A stretch of 18,622 bases of DNA from Candidatus Geocrenenecus huangii (lineage in GTDB: Archaea; Thermoproteota; Nitrososphaeria_A; Caldarchaeales; Wolframiiraptoraceae), in assembly GCA_023254095.1 (NCBI GenBank), contig JALNLM010000005.1, positions 37,661 through 56,282 on the forward strand, given 5' to 3'. This document shows positions 17,384-18,622 of the stretch, in pieces (the first letter of the stretch is position 1; every line of letters begins with the position of its first letter). A model generated the notes under the pieces. The model was not told the DNA's origin. It did no database searches and was given only the letters and a program-made list of their open reading frames with translations. The position numbers and the translations under genes are program-made.

Positions 17384-18559
17384 GTGAAAAAGTGGAGGTT
17401 AATGATTATATTCCTTGTAGTAGGTCTCGCAACCATAATGATCTCAGGATACCTTGCGACTATGCTAGTATATAATATTGGACTCGGACTCCTTGCACCG
17501 CAATCAGGGTATCAAAGTTATGTTAAACTAGGAGCAATTGATACTGAAACCGTCATTGCTACAACAACGGGATCAACTTCTCCTGCTGAAACTAGAGGAT
17601 CTAAAATTGAAGCGACCTCCAAGGAGGTTGTAGTCTACTCTGATCAGGAGAAACTCATAGCTTACAAAGCAGATATCGACCTAAAAGTAGATAAGGGTAA
17701 GATTAGGGAGACTGTAGATAGAGTTCTCTTATTCACCGACATGTGTAGGGGCTACCTTACCTCTATGAATGTTGGAGAGGAAGATGCTTATTTGACTGTT
17801 AAGATTCCGCAGAAGAGTTTCTTCACCTTCATAGAGGAGATCTCCAGAACTGGAGAAGTTATCAAGAAGTCTGTTTCAGGAATGGATATGACAGACCAGA
17901 TCCTAGACTTAAGAGCCAGAATTAGGAATGCAGAAACGCTGGAGGCCAACCTTCTAGAGCTTTTAGAAAAAGCCGAGAAAGTGAGTGAAATGCTTGAAGT
18001 AATGAGAGAACTCTCCAAGGTTAGAGAGGAGATAGAGGTTATGAAAGCACAATTAGAGAATTTGGAGAAGAGCGTCACATATTCAACTGTATCTATCTGG
18101 ATCTCGGAGGAGATGAGGAAGGAATACGTGGAGATACTCTTCAGGGTCCTAGACTCGAGAGATAGCCCTGTGCCGAACACTAATATCTATGTCAAAGGTG
18201 ACGAAATAAAGAGACTCATCACAGATGAGTTTGGAGAGGCTGAAGCGGCTTTCAAGAAAGATCAGAACATAACCATTATGGCGACATTCTATAGATCTGA
18301 TGGTGAAGTATTGAAAGCAATGATTCAAGAAATAATAAATTCGAACAAGACAATAATAGTCAGGTTTGATAAATCTTCAGAGCCCCCAACAGTTAATCTA
18401 GGAAGGATCTCTCATATAACCTCAGCCCTCATACAGTATCTGGTAATAGGGCTCACTGTCTTAGCAGTATTGGTCGCACCGATCTTACTCATCATAGTAG
18501 TCTTAACAACCGTAGCGCAGAGAATGTATAAAAAAATGAGACTAAAGCTATTAGCTTAA
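17384..18559 (+). CDS. DUF4349 domain membrane protein with N- and C-terminal TM segments; start probably GTG 17384 (ORF track TTG 17348)
   Basis: KLIAYKADIDLKV, GY......A.LTVKIP, D(M)TDQ..DL.ARI.N....E..LL.LL.KA......L.V..EL..VR.EIE....QL..L...V.YST..I; hydrophobic termini. Confidence 0.82.
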   Translation: MKKWRLMIIFLVVGLATIMISGYLATMLVYNIGLGLLAPQSGYQSYVKLGAIDTETVIATTTGSTSPAETRGSKIEATSKEVVVYSDQEKLIAYKADIDLKVDKGKIRETVDRVLLFTDMCRGYLTSMNVGEEDAYLTVKIPQKSFFTFIEEISRTGEVIKKSVSGMDMTDQILDLRARIRNAETLEANLLELLEKAEKVSEMLEVMRELSKVREEIEVMKAQLENLEKSVTYSTVSIWISEEMRKEYVEILFRVLDSRDSPVPNTNIYVKGDEIKRLITDEFGEAEAAFKKDQNITIMATFYRSDGEVLKAMIQEIINSNKTIIVRFDKSSEPPTVNLGRISHITSALIQYLVIGLTVLAVLVAPILLIIVVLTTVAQRMYKKMRLKLLA

Positions 18560-18622
18560 AAATTTAAGGCGAAACTAACAACTCGACCTATTTTATGGAC
18601 GTTGCATAAGATGGCTTGAAGA

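Noticed and set aside
11231-18180. Minus-strand ORFs at 11231, 11860, 12286, 13233, 13952, 15812, 16019, 17788
   Set aside because: All antisense shadows of strongly supported + strand genes
1-18622. tRNA, rRNA, CRISPR array, transposase or integrase
   Set aside because: No cloverleaf/T-loop pattern, regularly spaced repeats or recombinase motifs seen by eye; tRNAscan-SE and Infernal would be needed to exclude them formally

Overview
Archaeal chromosomal segment, judged from TATA boxes at a fixed spacing before leaderless starts, an archaeal Elp3, an archaeal FixAB-like ETF and a NosD-type beta-helix gene; the exact lineage cannot be fixed from this window. Intact genes: a small hypothetical, 3-methyladenine DNA glycosylase, P5C-dehydrogenase-like ALDH, class II fumarase, thioredoxin reductase, LLM/F420-type oxidoreductase, etfB-etfA, elp3, two GT-C membrane glycosyltransferases (GT87-like and PMT/GT39-like) and a DUF4349 membrane protein. 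Three genes are broken: a NosD/CASH beta-helix gene with three apparent -1 frameshifts, a second ALDH split by one in-frame TGA, and a stand-alone DCD/EVE-like domain gene with a frameshift in an AT-rich, gene-poor stretch. I saw no tRNA, rRNA, CRISPR array or transposase. No clearly new system is proven. The best leads are the DCD-domain gene and the etfBA-elp3-GT87-PMT-DUF4349 run. All family calls are motif recognition by eye, not database results.
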